DNA of 64,000 bases from contig CAVUCU010000001.1 in assembly GCA_963740085.1 (NCBI GenBank), positions 416,001-480,000 of the forward strand, in the 5' to 3' direction. The DNA is from Nitrospirota bacterium (GTDB lineage Bacteria > Nitrospirota > UBA9217). The position numbers were made by a program, and so were the translations under genes. The notes under the pieces were generated by a model, which made no database searches, was not told the origin of the DNA, and saw nothing but the letters and a program-made list of their open reading frames with translations. Below are positions 62,039 to 64,000 of this stretch, one piece after another (the first letter of the stretch is position 1; each line of letters opens with the position of its first letter).

Positions 62039-63241
62039 TCACGCCGCTGATGTGTTCTTAAGCGAATGCCGAGCCTCCCACCAGTCAAAGAGCCTCTCGT
62101 ACGCGACGACAAACGCAAGGAAAAACCCGATCGACGGCATGTAGAGGCGATGCTCGAAGATAACGTCGATGATCGGCACAAAGCTCTGGACAGGCGACAG
62201 GCCGATATAGAACCAGGCTACGCCAAAAGGGATCAAGAGCCATCCCTTCTTCTTATAGAGCCAGAATGCCGCGCTCACGACCGCAATATGGCCCATGAAT
62301 GAGAGGATTGTCGGGAACTCGAACAATGTTTTTGCAATGGGATAGTCGTAATCAAGGTTCTGGTGGATCGGCAGGAACAGGAGCCTGATATAGGTCCAGA
62401 TAACGTTGAGAGAGGTGAGCCAGAAGGTTTTCGCCGTGATACCCGACGTTGTTGAAACATTAAATCCTATCCCGGCGCCCGATGTTTGACGCGGCAAAAA
62501 GATCAAGATGGCGAAATACGATCCCCCACGTAAGGCAGATTGCAAGGTAGAACATCCATCTCGAGACGACGAGTGCGAACCTTCCCTCGGCAATGAACAG
62601 ATAATCATAGAGCATCAGGAGCGCCGGCAGGGTCACTGCCCATTCCTTTGACCCCATGGCGAGGCCGCGGTAAGGAATGCGCCGACATAGTAGGATGCCT
62701 TCCCCGATCTTGCGCCTTTGATGAACAAGAGAAATGTCGCAAGGTAGAAGAATGTCGCCAGCAGTTCCGTACGGGTGATGATATAGGTTACCGCCTCGGT
62801 CTGAACGGGATGCACGGCAAACAGGAGCGCGCCGAACAAGGCCATCCTCGTGGCCTTTCCCCTGTATTTCGCCTTCAAAAGCGGCAGGTTCAGCGTCTGG
62901 AACATGAGCAGATAGACGAACATGCTGTTCGCGATATGCACTGCAATATTGAAAATATGATATCCGGTCACATTCAGCCCGCCCAACTGATAATTGAGCA
63001 TCAGACTCAGGAAAACGACAGGTCGGATGCCGCTAATTATGCCGAGGATATGGTCCGAAGTCATCCGTTTGATGGAAGGGTTTTCCACAATGGATGGGTT
63101 GTCGTCAAAATGAAAGCTCGAGGTAAAGGTATTGGAATACGCGATCAGGACCATTGCCGCGATGATAATAAAGGCAATGAGATTGAATCTCCTGCTCGAA
63201 AACAACTTATTCAGTTTCGACGTCGCCTGCGTAGCGGCCAT
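62039..63241 (-). CDS. TMTC-like (GT-C fold) membrane glycosyltransferase domain protein, frameshifts near 62650 and 62470
   Basis: FHFDDNPSI, HPVQTEAVTYIITRTELLA, SKEWAVTLP, NLDYD, FEHRLYMPSIG across three ORF pieces. Confidence 0.82.
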
Positions 63242-63314
63242 GTTCCTCCCTGTTCAACTTATGATGGCACGAATGAGATACTTGCTAAAAGAAAGAAAAT
63301 CTAATATTTATTTG

Positions 63315-63394
63315 CCACGGATGAACACTGATGGCCACGGATAAAGTCATTTTTTTTCTGTTTTCACTCCGTGTTAGTCCGTGGATATCCGTGG
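63315..63394. repeat. Palindromic element (10-nt periodic arms)
   Basis: CCACGGATGAACACTGATGGCCACGGA ... TCCGTGTTAGTCCGTGGATATCCGTGG; left arm recurs near 63525. Confidence 0.82.
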
Positions 63395-63593
63395 TGAAAA
63401 GAATTTGTCGTTGGTTACGACCTGTTCGGGTCGAGATTGCACAAAAATTTAGCATGGATAGGGGCCAAAGTAAAGATTATTTTCCTAACCCGGACAAATC
63501 GAAGCCATCAATAAATTCATATTTACCACGGATGCACACTGATGAGCACGGAAAAGAATCTGAAGTTTGATAGATCCGTAAAAAGTCTTTTTA

Positions 63594-63663
63594 GCCACAA
63601 AATGCACATAAGGCACAGAATATTTAAAAGGCTTACCTATGTGCTCTCTGTGACTTATGTGGC
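63594..63663. repeat. Palindromic element overlapping the DUF2304 gene end
   Basis: GCCACAAAATGCACATAAGGCACA ... TGTGCTCTCTGTGACTTATGTGGC. Confidence 0.75.
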
Positions 63664-63995
63664 AAATCTTGACTTCCTCCCTCCTGCATCTCCTGCCGCA
63701 ACAGTGCCAGTTCCTGGGCCAGTTGTTTGTTCTTTTCGGACAAGCCCGAGATGACCGAGGAAAAGTGCAGCGTGATCAGCAGAAGGAACAGGAAGGCAAG
63801 CAGAAAGAGGAACGAAGGCGGGTAATAGATGCCCACCAGGGACGATGCATAGTTGAGCAGTTTTCTTGATGAAGCGAAGATCAGCAGGATCGTTCCGGCG
63901 AAAAGCCAGAGCAGGGAATATTTTTCCTTTAACCGTCCCCGCCTGATCAATTCCACGATCACGATCAAACCCACCCCGCAGACCACAATGGCCAT
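63633..63995 (-). CDS. DUF2304 family membrane protein (true start may lie outside the window)
   Basis: ELIRRGRLKEKYSLLWL, GIYYPPSFLF, LAQELALL. Confidence 0.88.
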   Translation of the reverse strand: MAIVVCGVGLIVIVELIRRGRLKEKYSLLWLFAGTILLIFASSRKLLNYASSLVGIYYPPSFLFLLAFLFLLLITLHFSSVISGLSEKNKQLAQELALLRQEMQEGGSQDLPHKSQRAHR

Positions 63996-64000
63996 TATCT

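Noticed and set aside
63265-63286. Sigma54 promoter TGGCACG...TTGCT
   Set aside because: GG-to-GC distance is 18 rather than 12, and it points away from the adjacent gene.

Overview
64 kb of bacterial chromosome. Gene content and style suggest Nitrospirota or Desulfobacterota (inference). Left to right: a partial class II cyclic-nucleotide phosphodiesterase; a complete trpEGDCFBA operon; an orphan type IIA topoisomerase B subunit; an M48 peptidase; a LuxR regulator with a degenerate receiver domain; maf; a ~12.5 kb type IV pilus island (sigma54-type promoter, one PilY1, two FimT-PilV-PilW-PilX sets, an Ig-domain lipoprotein); a housekeeping run (MEMO1/AmrB, cNMP-binding TPR protein, dnaB, rplI, heme-c diguanylate cyclase, mutS, HIT, UDG, NAD kinase, tsaE, CBS, nnr, acpS, pdxJ); a FolD lacking the cyclohydrolase residues; a patatin-glpQ-glpD module; and a methyltransferase-rich surface-glycan locus converging on a TMTC-like GT-C gene. 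About a dozen genes carry 1-nt frameshifts, most likely consensus errors of the assembly. The strongest unexplained signal is a dense set of short modular palindromic repeats with 7-nt and 8-10-nt periodic arms. They sit in many intergenic spacers, nest inside each other, and enter coding sequences in frame, with no transposase in the window. No rRNA, tRNA, CRISPR array or integrase was recognised.
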